A stretch of 64,000 nt of DNA, taken from assembly GCA_051362555.1 (NCBI GenBank), contig CM120642.1, positions 1,612,001 through 1,676,000 on the forward strand. The letters are read 5' to 3'. Both the position numbers and the translations under genes were made by a program. Below, piece by piece: positions 22,984 through 37,700 of the stretch; positions within the stretch are counted from its first letter, which is position 1; each line of letters opens with the position of its first letter. The notes beneath the pieces are model-generated. The model saw nothing but the letters and a program-made list of their open reading frames with translations, made no database searches and was not told the DNA's origin. The stretch is from Lingula anatina. Its lineage: Eukaryota; Animalia; Brachiopoda.

Positions 22984-25900
22984 GTGTATGGGTGTACGTG
23001 CAAGTGCATGAACTCTGTTTGTGGTTGATATACCTCTGTCATCCAGACTAAATATTGCTGGTACAGATGCCCAACCAATGTTTGGTCACTTTGCTCAATC
23101 TAAGGACAGCACTTGAAATTAAAATGTCTCAGAGAGCTAATAAGATAAAGACCAAGCATTTCATTAATGTCCAGTGTTAATGGTTTATAAGGGTAAGTTA
23201 CTCCTGGTTTACTTAGGGCTGTACTGGTAGTGTTATCTAGTGGTCCTCACAGTGCTTTATCCATGCCTGGCATTTGATGCACCACATGGCATTATACTTA
23301 TATCTTATTGGTGTTTTCCATAGTTGAACCCTGGAGAATTTACTGGTCAGTTTTTTTTTTTTTTTTGCAATCTGAAGGTGAACTCTGGAAAATATGCTCA
23401 GGCAGTCAAAAAGCAGGAAATCTGATAAGAATGAGGAAATGAAATATTGAATGTTTTGAGGAGCGGACCCCAGTATTTCCTCATCAGATATTCAGCTAGG
23501 TACCAGGACCAGTTGTGTAATGAACTGAAAAAGTTATTTATTAGTAATACCATAAGCAGACACCGTGAAAATTCAACTGGTGGCAGCTTGCCAGGAAGAA
23601 TGAAATGAGTGGTGGCTTCCTGATACAAAAGTGTATCAACTGTAGTTAACATAGTCGAGGTCTTGGAACAGTGTCAGGACTGCAGAGCTGCCAATGTGGA
23701 AGTGTTCAGTCAAGCTGAATGGTAGATATCTACTGCCATATATGGTTCTTTTGCTGAGTTAATTTATTTCTTAATGAATTATGAAGGGGAAAAATTTGTC
23801 TACCAGGTGTTTGTTGAGTTATGGTTTTAGGTGTCTCATTGAGATAGTATTTTTAATATGCTGATATTTGTTATGAAGCAGAAATGTCATGCTGCTTTCT
23901 TCTTTGAAGTAGAAATAGACAACATATAGGAAGCAGTAGCTGTCAATCATCAATTCATTATAGATTATCATATGTTAGTGATTTGCTTGATTTATTTATG
24001 TCATGTAAAACTAGGTTTCATTAGTTCTTTTACACATATAGTCTTGGTTAAAATATAAAATTCATTCTGAATGTGGATTGTGATATACACATATATTAAA
24101 GTGCATAAAAATATGATTTTAACCTTTGCTTTAGAGATACTATTATTGTATATTTAAATGAAAAACTATTTTTAAAGGGCTGAGTGTAGTTGGGTGGTGG
24201 ATGTATTGTAACTGCAAGTTTTAGAAAATGTTGGGCAACACTACCCTGAGTGTCAGAGAAACGTAAAAGCTAGCTTGCTAAATATACCTCGTGGTGGAGT
24301 CGCTTTTACGATTGTTGGTATTGTTGATATGGGTTATATATGAAATCAAGATCGAGCTGACAATACCGGAATCTAGAACCTAGGGTAGGTAACACAAGCT
24401 AAGACATCATTTCCAGAGTGATCAAATGTTCAGTGTAATTTGGGAAGTGGAAGGCCATTAGTGAAAGTGTTGACTTAACAGGTGCAGAAAAAACAATTAA
24501 GCGTAGAAGTAGTGGTAATGCCACATGCAGCAGCGATCAGTATACTCAGTGTTACAGATCATTAACTTGTATATGGTCCATGCTGCTTGACCGTTTGTTG
24601 GTCATTTCATAAAAAAAATGAGCATTTGAATCATCTCAGTGACGCAAATATTTTGTGTAATATTTGCATAATTTTGACTTGCTGCATTATTTTAGCTGTT
24701 TTATAATTTAGTACCTTCCAGTATGAAAAGGAATTTAGAAAAAAATAATAATAAAACAGTTATGCAAATATTGTACAATATGTACATATCACTGATGTGA
24801 CTTAAATGTTCACTTTAGTGTGTGTGTGTGTGTGTGTGTGTACATCATGTTTGTGGGCATATGTGTGTGTTTTTTTCATATTTTCATATGAAAAGTGCCA
24901 TACATTATCTCTAGTACCATACAAAGCAATGAAACCTACCAGTGTAAAGATCTCACACTTCAGCTGACCCCTCTGCAGGGTGTCCTCGCTGTCTGCAGGA
25001 AGAATCAGAACAGCAGGACTGTCTTATCTGTAGTTTTAGGCTAGGGATGAACCAGTGAACTACTGGAGAACAGTGGGAGACATGTCCCGGAATGTCAGGC
25101 ACCTTCAGTGTGAAGGAGAGGTCCTTGTTTTACATAAAAAAAGAAAATATCTGAAATCTTGACAACCTAAACTCAGCTAGTTGGGTTAAGAAAATCCGCT
25201 TGATTTCATAGAAATGTCTTTAACACTGTAATATACTGTGAGAAGTTCTCTAAACTCAAGCAGTGAAAATTTGTAATGGTCAATTTTCTAATGCTTGTTT
25301 GTTATGAGAATCCCAAGCTGATGAACCTTTTCAGTTTTACTCTGTACTATATAACATTACTGGTGTTTTTAATGCTGACTATATAGTGTAAAAGATACAG
25401 ACTATTTCTTTTTCTAGACGAAACTTGATATGTATGTCATATATCTAACTATTGTTTTGTCTATTGAATAATTTATGTGCCATTTGCTATTTAGAAAGTA
25501 TTGAGGCAGCCTGGGTGAAGGGTACTTTTAAGAACCAGGGTAACAAGTGCATAGTAAGACTCAGAGGAAGTCATCACTATTGGAAACTGAGGAGTTTTTC
25601 AAATATAAAATTGTGATTAATTTTACCCTATTGCATGTCATTATTTTTTGCATTTTTGTCTTTAACCATTGTGTTAGCTGTGAATGAAGCATCCATTGTG
25701 TTGTTGTTCTTTGTCTCATCCCAACACAATGGCACGTGGTCCCTGATATACATATTACAAGAGCCAGATAGAGTGTCATGATTAAAATGCAGTTACGTGC
25801 TATTTATTTACCTAAAATGCTTGAAATGTTTTCAGGCATTTATAATGGACCTTTGTTGCGAAAGTGTTTGCAAATAAGTCTATTTTGTTGTTAACTACAC

Positions 25901-26276
25901 TGTTAGTGCAAGCTGTGGAATTTGGCTTGCTTGAGCGGTTGGTTTGAATGCCTTCAGTCAGGGTGTTGCTTAGTTTTGACATGGTGTGCACTTTAATGGT
26001 TAAAGACCTTTGTGACGTGGATGTATGGTACCTGTTACATCTTGGTTCTGGCACTAATACCAGTGTGGACATAGAGAACTGGTTGATACATAGGTTTGGG
26101 ATAGGTGTGGTTGTGTCACATATTAAACAATCGAATGGACTCTGTGGTGATTGAGATGTATACAGTAGATTGTTGCCACAGAGAAGATATGGAAGTGAAT
26201 GCTTGCCACGGTGATCTGTGGGTGTAGATGTACCTGTTTGCCACATAGTGATAGAGATGTAAATTTGTGATATAAG

Positions 26277-26590
26277 CAGTTGCCACAAAGTGATATAGAT
26301 GCACATTTGCCACAAAGTGATAAAGACAGTTGCCACAAAGTGATATAGATGCACATTTGCCACAAAGTGATAAAGACAGTTGCCACAAAGTGATATAGAT
26401 GCACATTTGCCACAAAGTGATAAAGACAGTTGCCACAAAGTGATATAGATGCACATTTGCCACAAAGTGATAAAGACAGTTGTCACAAAGTGATATAGAT
26501 GCACATTTGCCACAAAGTGATAAAGACAGTTCCCATAAAGTGATATAGATGCACATTTGCCACAAAGTTATAAAGACAGTTGCCACAATG
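26277..26590. repeat. 50-bp minisatellite, about 6 copies, built from 27 and 23 bp subunits
   Basis: Units start at 26281, 26331 and so on to 26581; both subunits contain ttgccacaaagtgata; degenerate copies extend back to about 26170. Confidence 0.95.
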
Positions 26591-28769
26591 TGTATACATG
26601 TGCTGCAGGGTGACGTAGATAGAGATGTACATATTTGCTGTAAGGAGATAGATCACGCAGACAAGATGAACTGAAGTAATTTGTGGCTTTTTGCTTGTAG
26701 TGACATACTATTGGCACTTATGTATACAGTAACTCAGTTAAGAAAACAAGCAGTGCTATAAATAAAGTGACTGTAATCAACAGACAGAGAAAAGGAGGGA
26801 ACCCCAGGTGTAATTGGATGTATATCATATAGTTTTTAAGTGGGCAGTGATGTAACAACACATTAAGAAAACTGTCATCTGGCTGCAAGAGCTGGTTTGA
26901 TGTTAAGTTTTCGTTTTACACCTTCATTAGGACTACCTGGAAACATGTTAGACATAACAAGATTCTGCTGGAGTAAATTGCATTAAATGTTCTCAGCTGG
27001 TTTCTGAAACCAAGGAGTCTATATATACGTATATCAGGTCGTAGCTGCAATTTACACTGTATACACTAGCCCCATACTGTGAATGGAGAGGATCCTGTGA
27101 GGAGGCCTTAACGTGGGCTTTGGAAGTAGTCAAAGAAGAAATTGCTCAATAGCTCAAGGAAACTGCAGGGGCACTTTGTATATCTTGCTACATCTTTGGG
27201 ATTTATGGAAACTTTTAGAACTTCAATAGCAGTGGAATAGAGCAGTTTTTACTTATTGCTGTGACTTTGTGGTTAACATAAGGTTTAACCATGTCACTAC
27301 CCCAGGTGGCTGGATCAGTGTTCAACTTTAACATGGATTTCAGTGTTAATCTCATGTTTTGATACAGCCACTAGAAAATTTGGATTTACATAAGATTACA
27401 CTGTATCACACACGTGCAAAGACCTTCAGTTGAATAGAAAACCACCATCATGCATAAATTTTACTTCTAGTGGGATTAAAAATGACTGATCACTTTTGAA
27501 TTGACTAAAACGTGCTTGATTCATGGGGCAATAAGTGTTTTCAAGTAGTTAAGGTTTTGGTAATCATTATTCTGCCTGAGAAAGGAATACATAAGTACAC
27601 ATGTACAATCTACGGACTAGGAACTTAAGAGTTGATCTCCATAAAAATTCACGCGTGACAAATGAATGTGGCTTCCTGCTGTTATGTTTCCTTTAATGGC
27701 TGAATTTGTGTCCCAAGGACAGAAGACTTCATTGTTTTACTTTTTTATTGGAAGAACCTGTGTTCATGCATACTTTAACATAAAACATAGCTTGTGACTA
27801 GACAAGCTGATGATTTTTGTAATGTGATTTGTCTTCAAGAAATTTACATGAGAGAGATGTACATTTGCTTATAAAACAATGGATTCAGCAACCAAGTCTG
27901 AAAAACAGCAAGTACCTTCCCAGGCTCAGGACTTGAGATGCTCTTCTGCCTCGTAGAAGTCATGTAAGTCATCTGTTGATGGATATCTTGGAGATAAGAC
28001 ATCAGATTTGATATCCAATGTGGAATGTTCAGGTCACTACAGAAACAGTGGGAGTATGATACTTCTGTAGATTAATACACCAGAGGATTTGTTCTGTGAT
28101 GTCTTCTTTCCATCCCAGGCTATCATTGGTGGGGTCATGTCCTGTTTTTTTCATACTTGACTGTTTATTTCTACTTAATTTTAAAGGTAATGGTTTTCAC
28201 AGAGGACAGTGTCAAACAAGATTTTTTTAAATTTGGGCATGCAAGAATTTTATATATGATGGTTTGTTTTATCATGTTGAAAACATTGGAAAGAAACAAA
28301 CACTTTTTGTTTATTCCCTGTGGAAATGATGTTTTTTGAAAGAATGTCATTAATGCTATACACTGCAGTGGTGTATATAAACCAGCCCTTTTTGAGGACA
28401 TCTCATAAACAGAGCTAACCAGCGCCATAGAAATAACCTTCATCAATGAGGCAAGGTGTGAAAGGCGATAATGTGTTACCATCTCTTCTACAACTATATA
28501 ATTTTGGATTAGATGCAATTTGTTACGATTTCTCCTATTAATGAAGAGAAGACACATAAAGCTTTACACATAGAAGTGCATGACATGCGGCATATATGTC
28601 AACACTGGGGTCAAAATGTTCATGACCCCATGCCCATTTAAAAGAAGATAATATATTATGCCCCTACCAAATTTAACTTGTACAATTTGAAGAAAAAGGG
28701 GCACTAAAAATTCAACCTAGGTCAAACGTACAAAGAAGTCACAGAAGTTACAAGGTGTTCGAGACAAAG

Positions 28770-28862
28770 ATGGCTATAGAGAAGAAGGTTGGATTTAGGG
28801 AGAGGCTGTCTATTAGCTATGTGAGGCGGGCGTCTGTTAACTTGGCCAGCATGCTGCTGCAG
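28770..28862 (+). CDS. Candidate alternative first coding exon V3 of gene B (MAIEKKVGFRERLSISYVRRASVNLASMLLQ)
   Basis: aagATGg, 31 codons, CAG|GTGGGT in phase 0 followed by T-rich intron-like sequence; RRAS motif. Confidence 0.6.
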
Positions 28863-30940
28863 GTGGGTTTGATGGACAAACTTTGTTTTTTTTTTTCACT
28901 AAAATCTTTGCTTCAAGTTATCTGTGTGTCATTTTTTTTCAGAATTTACTGAAAACTAAACTGTTGTATCTGCATACCTTTGCATATTTCAGTAGCATTT
29001 CCAGCTGTTAATTAAGTGCTTGGTATTTAATTCATTTTTATATGTATTTATATATTCATATATACTCATTATTATATTTCTGACACCCAGGGTCTTGAAC
29101 CGCTTGTAGACTAGCTGTCTCTGATACCCCTGATATTTTTTAATATATGTCATATGTCAATCTTTCTTATACAATATTTCTCTATAGAGGTGCCTCAAAT
29201 TTCAGATTTCAGTATTTATTTATTTTTGAGAAACTTCTTTTGACTCACACCTTGAATTCTAAAACAGCTCTGGAATTTCAAAGGAAGAAAAGGTGTCCTA
29301 ACCGTCCCGGGGGTTTTTGAGGTGTGTTTCAATATTTATAATGAATTGTTCCTATTTGAAAGGGGCATGGCATGCTTTTGATGGTGGAAATGTAAGGAGA
29401 TTTAAGGTAGTGTTCACAAACTGTCTCAGTTGAACCATTAATGGACTAAGTGACATCACTGGATGGGTGCAGTACATGGAGCACCTTTCTCAACCTGGAT
29501 CTTAAAACCACATGCTAAAAAGAAAAGGTCATTCGGAGACAGAGGCCCTTCTTACATTGAGTCAGTTTTCTGTACTGCAGAACTTTGAATGGTCCTTATG
29601 CTATGAGGGGCTTTATTCCCTTTCACAAACCCCAATGTACCAGTAGATGAACTTAGCTGACTGTGTGTGTGTGTGTGTGTGTGCGCTTGTTTGTGAGCTT
29701 CCTTTAGGTAACTTTCTCACATAATACCCAGGCAATTGCCCATCTCTCAAACTGGAATGTTTCGGAAAACAATACTATTCAATGTGTAAAAGTCCCACTT
29801 ACAAGGATAAGATCATGTTAGGCAATTCCAGGTCTAAGTGAGACCTGATGTGAACTCACATGTAGTCAGTCTAAGGACATGGGTCACCCACTGATATCAC
29901 ATACACATACCTGAGGTGGGGGAGGCCTTTCTGTAGAAAGGAGGCGGTACAGTCAAGTAACTCAGAGAACTCAACAACAGATTTCCCTTCTCCAGATTCT
30001 TGGTATTGACTTGAAAGTAGCCTCATTGTTCAGAAATGTTTTATTTTAATCCCTAAGTAAACTAGATGACTGATTGAGACTGAAACTGGTGATTGATGAA
30101 CTAGTCATTAGGTGTTTATCGGGAGGATTCAGTTAATTGGGTCAGTTAACAAGTGATTTCATGCTTGATTGGATAGCAGTGGAGTGATTTGCTTTGATTG
30201 GACCATTACTATTCAAATACAACTTTACAGCAACACATATATAGAAAGGGTTATGTATGGAAAGGTACTACATTGGCATGTTGGGATATGGCAATTTTAC
30301 GGAATATCTGAACTTTGGTATCGAGTAGAGATGGTGTATGAGGTTCAGTGACACTGGAATCGGAGAATTAAGTTTTGATGATTCTGGAAATGGATTTTCA
30401 GATGACTTAATTTTGTCGTATTTGTTCAAATTAGTAGGGGGTGTGTGACTCAATTTATGTATTGAATCTGACTGACTCATAAGCGACAGCAGGATTTAAC
30501 ACCAATTACGAAATCACTGTCACCAGGAGCAGAGCGACAGCATTTTCACAAGTTTCAAAATTACCTACACGAAGGTGTTGCGCAACTTAACCACTGTTTG
30601 CACTTTGACAGTTTGGGAGAAGAAAACGGTGTCTGTAAAACTTTAAGTTAATAATGGACCTTCATGTGCTGTGATTTTAACAGAGCATTAGCTGAGGGTA
30701 CGTAACATTCAGTGTGTTTTTTTGCTGAAGATAGTGAAGACAAGACAGCTAACCAATTCTGGAAATAATAACCCTATTTGAGAGCCCCGGCCTCCACTTC
30801 CACTGGGATATGCGAGTGCTGAAGTCAGAGAAGATCTCTGTAGAAATTAACGGAAATTAACCTTATTAGAGAATACTTTTCAGAAGATCGAGGGATTAAT
30901 ACAAGAACTGGAATTATCCTAGGGATACCTGTCAGTCAAA

Positions 30941-31006
30941 ATGAATACAATGCATAAATCATTCACTGTCACAAGTCTTCAAGGACTGCTGACAAAGTTT
31001 GTAGAG
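30941..31006 (+). CDS. Candidate alternative first coding exon V4 of gene B (MNTMHKSFTVTSLQGLLTKFVE)
   Basis: caaaATG, 22 codons, GAG|GTATGT in phase 0. Confidence 0.58.
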
Positions 31007-34000
31007 GTATGTACGTCAAAAGTTTGTATACAAAGGTGTCTATTTCTGTCCAGGTTTTGCTTTCCAGGTAATTTATGGTATACAAGTACACGCATATTAT
31101 ACCTACAGTAGCCATTAAAGGTTATCATGTTTATTTTCTTTTCTTGTAACTGTAGATTACTTCAAAGCATGGGTTTTCTTTCCATAATTTCTTATTTGAG
31201 TGTTTTCCCTACCCTCATCACTGTAATATGTTCTCAAGTCTTATTTCACAGTCACTCACCATTGCTGTTGTAGACAGATCTCCAGTGTTGTAACTGTTTA
31301 CTGGACTGTTTGACCAGATGTTTAATACATTTCTCAACAGAAAGTGAAACCTTAAACTGAGCTTAATCCACTACCCTCCATCACAGACAAACAACAACTT
31401 GTACTTACTGAGTACATGATTTTAATCTGATTTTTAAAATGTGAATTAGTATTCTCTTGTTGTTGTTTAACCATGAGGGGTTCTCAGAATATCCAGAATA
31501 TTAAGGCAGTCTAGTAAAAAGGGGAAATGAATAATAAAGGACTGGAGTATTTGTAATCAGAAAGAAAATTGAAAGAAAAAAATATTTTTTCTGCTTATGA
31601 TTTGTCCAATGCAATCGAAATCCAAGGCTCTTTCCTATCATCATGGTGTAACACTTATAGTCTTGCATTTACTGTATTCTCAGCATATCCTGAAATTACA
31701 TTTGAAATATGTAGATTGTATTGATAAAAATCAAATTAGGAAGTCCATAATAAACACAATATTCTTACCAGGAAGGAAAGGGCAGGTACTCTGTCCAGAG
31801 GCTCACCCCAGTTTTACCATTCTACATGTGTAAGGGTGACCTTTTACCAACAGATCCTCAAAACATGTGGCTATTGATCTACTAGTAGGCAACTGAGAGG
31901 TCTTTGTGCAGATGCATAGTTTGATACCAGTATTGCATCCACAGTTATGATTTCACTGGTATACATATTAGATCTATGATATTAAAACCCACAAGGTAAG
32001 CATTTATTTAGAACAGTCTTATGGGAGAAATATAAAATGGTGATTTTATTTGTCTTATGAGGTTTTAAGTACCGGTATAGGAATGGGAATAGTTGCCTGT
32101 ACTAGTATTGATTAAGGCAAAGATAATTGTCTTCTGCTTGTATTGTATGTTGTTTCATTAACTGATATATGTACCAGTAGTACGATAGATGAAGTGCTTC
32201 TTCTGGTAAGTCAGGTTCTTGGAAAAAAAAATATTTGTAGAAATCTTTGAAGAAAACTTAAAGCAAAAATCTGAAGGGCATCAAATAAACCATGTACTTA
32301 GTGTCGGATAAGAGGGTGTTTTTTTATATTTTTAAGTTTAAAGCTGTCTGTGTTGCATGCAGTAATCATTGGTGGTAAAAATAGTTTAAACTCGTGACTT
32401 AGCTTGTGTGCTGGTTTTGGTTTTTGGTGCTCTACTGTTCTCTGCTTTTTTTTTCTTTATGGAAAAACTAAATCTGAAGGTCACGATATGAAACAGCATG
32501 ATGTAGACAAACATATTAAGTGAAAAGGAATTTATGTCAAATTACTCTTTCTGGGTCAGATGGACTGTTTCTGCTGGTGACTTCAACTCTGTGCATTTAC
32601 ACGATTTTTAAATTAACTTTAGGACAGACTGGCATTGTTTACAGGTGTTTTTCTGTTGTTCATAAGGCATTATAGGCAATAGATGATCTACCAGTACATT
32701 ACTAGTATTGGAGTACTGTCCTGTTGACAACCCTGTAACTGACTGGCCCCCAGTGTTGAGCAGCTCAACCTCAGGCACTTACAGCTAGTATTTCCTACTT
32801 TCTAGTCTGGAGGCATGTGGAGCTTGTAATACTGTGGTTTTAACACAAGTTGTTAATGTCAATACCCATTACTCGGATTACTGCATGCTAACTACCATAA
32901 CTATACAGGCCTGTCTGCATATATATATATATTTGTATATACTACAGGGGAGTTCGAGAGGGGGGGGTAGGATTTGAAAAAACTGCCTTTTGAAACAGTG
33001 TATGGCCCTTTACAATGTGTTCAGTATGCTAGTAATTAAGGTGCAGAATTTCTGAGGAAGTTCTGAGGGAGCTTCATTTCTAAATTGCCCTAGATCACGA
33101 GTTAAAATTTTCGTAAGAAATGTAAATGGAATATATATTTACAAGTAGGGGAAGTGGATAAAAAAAGTTAAGTGTTTGAGTTGTGTTTATTCCAGTATTA
33201 TAGCTAAAAGACACTGATGTGAAGTGATACTTCCCTGTTAGAAATGACTACCTTGACTCTACCTGGCAGGTGCTATAATACTGATATGCTGGTTAGTAAG
33301 TGTAGAGATCAGAGAAATGTTTATGTTGGACTATGTTACAAAACACCTGTGAGATTACTGGTACAGGTGTATGGAGAGGAATACCAGGGAAGATTACACC
33401 TATCTGTTATATAATATCAGAGTTATATAGCCAGTTTAAAAAAAAAAAATTAAAAAAAATAAAAAAAATATTTATTAATTAATTTATTTATTTATTTACC
33501 TCATAATGATAATGATTTTGATAAAAATTATAATTGGGCATGGGTGGAAAAATGGAAGGATCACATATGTTCCAAAAAATTACTCTTACGTTTGATTGCA
33601 ATTAAGCTGTTTGTTTGATGTAACTTTATACCATTAGGACAATTAGGCCAGGAGAATATAGCATAATATATATTTATACATACAATATTACAGAGAATCT
33701 TGATTGCAGTCATATTTATGTGTAAAAGAGATGTATCTCGGTGTTTATGCTTGTGCCATAGCTGTTTACCAAGACTCCAGTCCTGTGCACACTGGATCAT
33801 TATCTGAGCAAACAACACATTATCAGGAACACTACTTTACTTGATTGCAATCGAGAGGTATCGCTCACATGTGATAAAGAGGTGGTACAATTGCAGTCGG
33901 ACAGTTATGTAAGTAGATCAACACAAAGATTAATACCTTGTCAGATTAAATGATGATCCAAGGTAAACTGAACAATACTGATAAACAACAGGGGCCTTCT

Positions 34001-35172
34001 GAGGTGCTGGGTCTGATCTCATTGTGCGGACAAACTTCTCTGATCCTCCTTTTAGCCAGGTTATTATAAATGTTTCCCCAGCATAAACCATTTATTTAAT
34101 TGGCAAAGTTTAGATTTTCAGCTACACAATTGACAAGGTGGAGATGATGTTTTATTTTGCGGAAGCAATGCATAGATGATGAAAATGGATATGATGTAAA
34201 ATAATTTTAGGATGCGGTGGGTACACTTTCAAAAATTGTTGGTACCAGATAATCTTTGCTCCTCCAGAAAAAGTGCTTCTCCCATCATCAATTTTTGCCT
34301 CCCACTTTTTTTTTCTTACAGAATAGTGGCTCTGTCTCTAATTAGAAAATGCCTCAGTATTAAGAAATTAATCATTTTAATAAAATGTTTATCAAGTAAG
34401 GAGAAGAAAAAAAAAAACAAACAAAAAAACAGGTCTTCAGAGATTGCCTGTAGTCAGAGTTTAATAACTTCGCAGAGGGGCGTCACTTGTGGCAATCCTC
34501 ACCTGTCTTGCGCAATTTGCTGCTTTTCCTCTGAAGTTGAAAACTTGTTCCAACTATTTAGCATGCATACAAATGTCTACCTTGTATGTCAAAGCAAACA
34601 GATGACTTTTCTTCTACTTAATTCCTCCTTGTTTGCATTTTAAAAAGGGGGAGCTCAAAATTGGACTTGACCTCATGTTACACCTTGACAACTATGTAAA
34701 TACAGCCTCCGAAAGTGGTATTTCTGTAATAAATTAAACGTATGCGCTGGCCGCATATTTTGCCTAATGCAGGATAAGCGGGGGTAGGATCCATTAGCAT
34801 ATTAAAAACATATCCATTATGTGGAAGTAGCACAACAGACTGGAGTGCAGTGATGACAACAGCAAGGCAGCTATCACCTTGAGGCAGGAGTCCTAGCTGT
34901 ACCTGTATATGAACCCTCTGTGGGTCCTCTCAGTTTAAAGTCCTTATCTACCTTGATACAGGTACCCACATATAAGTAGCACACAGGAACACACTGAGAT
35001 CACACACAGGGCTAGTGGCTGCTACTGAGAGGGCCAGGAAAATACCAGGACTCGCATCAATTTGTCACCACGTCCTTCCTGATCTTGAGGCTCTCGCTCT
35101 CGACTTACTTCAAAGGAGAGGAGATCACTGGCGACACAGACACATGAATGAGCTTAGTGAAATGAGGCAGAA

Positions 35173-35277
35173 ATGGAGAGTCATGAGAAGAGAGTGAAAA
35201 AGTACCAGGATCCAGCCTCCAAAAAGGAGTCTGAATCAGTGGAATGGGTCCCCCTGGTGCTGAGCAAGTTGTTTTCT
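35173..35277 (+). CDS. Candidate alternative first coding exon V5 of gene B (MESHEKRVKKYQDPASKKESESVEWVPLVLSKLFS)
   Basis: gaaATGg, 35 codons, |GTAAGT in phase 0; TATA-like tataag at 34971. Confidence 0.6.
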
Positions 35278-37000
35278 GTAAGTTGTGCTTGTCATTTGTG
35301 GAAGTTCTTGAATAGATGGTGGTGAACTTACATTGTACATTGAAAGAATGACTCTGCCAGATTTAGATACTACTAGTTTATATCTTCCTTTGGACAAAGC
35401 CATACTGGAATACCACTGGTTTTTGTCCTTTTAAGTATAACATAAAGTGTCCAAGAAGTTATTGTACACAGGTTTAAAAGATTTAGAATGTTAGATTATT
35501 TGTGTAAAGACTCCTCTGAGATTATGCATTCAGGCCAAGCCTAGACATGTTGTACTGTATGCTTAGTCCTTGATGTTCTTTAGTCCCCGTGTTAACTTAA
35601 TTGACTATACAAATGAGCTGATGCATTGTGCTGGGAAGTTCAAGCACAGGTTTTACCTGTATTTATCAACATAATAAATGGTGTTCTACAAGAGGCAAAG
35701 TGCAGGGATGGAGGTTTTGTCTGTGAGAGAGGATGAGGTTCAATGGAAATTCCACTTATTGTGCATCCTATTGGGAAAGTTTTCTGGCTGAGTTGATAAA
35801 TTATTAGTAAAATTGGGACAGGAAGTGGTGGCCTTGTCCTCTGTCCCAGTATGTACGCATGTTGTATATAAAAACATGGCCCATGTTATTTGATTAAGGA
35901 ATTATTTGCCCTTGATTTGATATAAACTGTGGAGCTCAGTGGGCCACAGTCTGCACTCTGTGACTCCACTTTGATAAAGCAGATTAAGAAATGTTACATT
36001 TTTTTTTTGTGGCATTTGATTGATGTTTTATACCTTTGTTTGTTTTATGATATGATTCTAAGTGAAAAAATATTCCATCAACTGTGGCATTCTCAAAGTG
36101 TAAACTTAACTTCTCAGCAATTAGCTGCAGAGACATTGGAGACAACAGAACCGTGCACAGGTATTAGTTGCAGAAAAACAGTCCTGAAATCACTTGTATT
36201 ATCAAATGATGATTGAGAAAAACACGATTATAAGTACATGTAGGCGGTGGATGAGAGAAGGTTAAAAATGGGAACAGTGTGTCTGTATATTATTGATTTT
36301 CTGCTGCTGTCCCTTCATTTATAACTGAAATGTGTTAGGAGGTTTCGCCCACCACAACAATTCCATTTTCACTTCGCATTTTTCATTGCTGTATAATTTC
36401 AGTGCCACATGTGGAAAAGAAGTCCCATTCACAGCTGGCTCTTAACTAGGTTGCTTTATTTTAAAAAAAAGTAAAAAACAAAAGAGCCCCCCTCCCACCA
36501 CCACCACCGACCCAACTCGGATTTAAAGTGCATGTAAGCATTCAGTAAGTTTGTAGCCATTCAAGTGGATTGCCTCAGGTATAGAGTAGATTAGTAGAAA
36601 ATCCACTTCATTAAAATGAGTAGAAACACTCCACACCAAATATAGGGCTTGTTTTGTGGTGAGGACTTCACAGGAAATGTGCTGTTCACTAACATGCCTT
36701 TACTAAACCAATAACCAGGCGCAATGGATCCAAATGTAGCTGGCTCACCAGCCAAACAGCAATTTGACTTCTGCTCTATTGTTATGTTATTTTCCTAAAA
36801 AGCATCATATCACTTTGCTCATCAGCTAATGGGCAGTATTTCCAATCTTACAGTGTGATCATTATAAGCCTACCAAGGCAATTTCAAATGATGGGGTACA
36901 TTGGCATTTTTTTCCAAAAGGTGGTTATGCCCCCTTTCCCCACCTTCAATACTTACAAACAAATGACTATTGTTGCTCTGTTCACATCAAAATGTTTAAT

Positions 37001-37043
<43 letters not shown>

Positions 37044-37655
37044 CAATTGCAATTATGTGGTCTTATTGTTGCCAAATGTCATCATGTTGAATAAGGAATA
37101 GGAAAGATCAACTCCCCTGATTTTTATCTCGCTGAGGGATAGGCTTCTGATGATGATATATTTGTTTGTCTTGTCAACTTGGGAGTTTTTCAGGACATGA
37201 ATAGTTAAAAAAGGATCTAAGATAAGGAATAGGATATCAAATTAATTATAACGATTGCCTGTAAATTCTGCAGATGTTTGTGATACTCAAGGGATCAACT
37301 GAACTCTTTTAGCAATCCAATATACTTAATATATAATAGAACTGGGGAATTTTTCAGTATGTGAATAGTGTAGAATCTAATATAGGAAGTGGTTCACATT
37401 GGATGTGATGATAATGAACTGAGAACTACATCCAGGTATTTATGAATGTCTTTGGGGGGGGGGGGGGGGGGGGGGTCAACTGAACTATTTCAGAGTCCAC
37501 AATACAATAGTATACTTCTTTCTGTCTCATATTTTATGGCATTATAAATTTTCATTTCTATCAGATCAATAACAGGGCAGATAGTGTACTTTTACGCCAC
37601 TTGTATGTGTGTTTTTCAATTTCTGGTATTTATTTTATTTGTATTATCTCATTGA

Positions 37656-37656
<1 letters not shown>

Positions 37657-37698
<42 letters not shown>
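37657..37698. repeat. (TAT)n microsatellite
   Basis: Perfect trinucleotide run. Confidence 0.95.

Positions 37699-37700
<2 letters not shown>

Noticed and set aside
25812-26586. Three overlapping minus-strand ORFs of 96-233 aa
   Set aside because: They arise from the stop-free strand of the 50-bp minisatellite; no recognisable domain.
23124-33301. Other strong donors (GT at 23193, 27964, 31996, 32206, 33296) as extra variable coding exons
   Set aside because: No ATG-initiated frame reaches them in phase 0. They may be non-coding first exons or chance matches.
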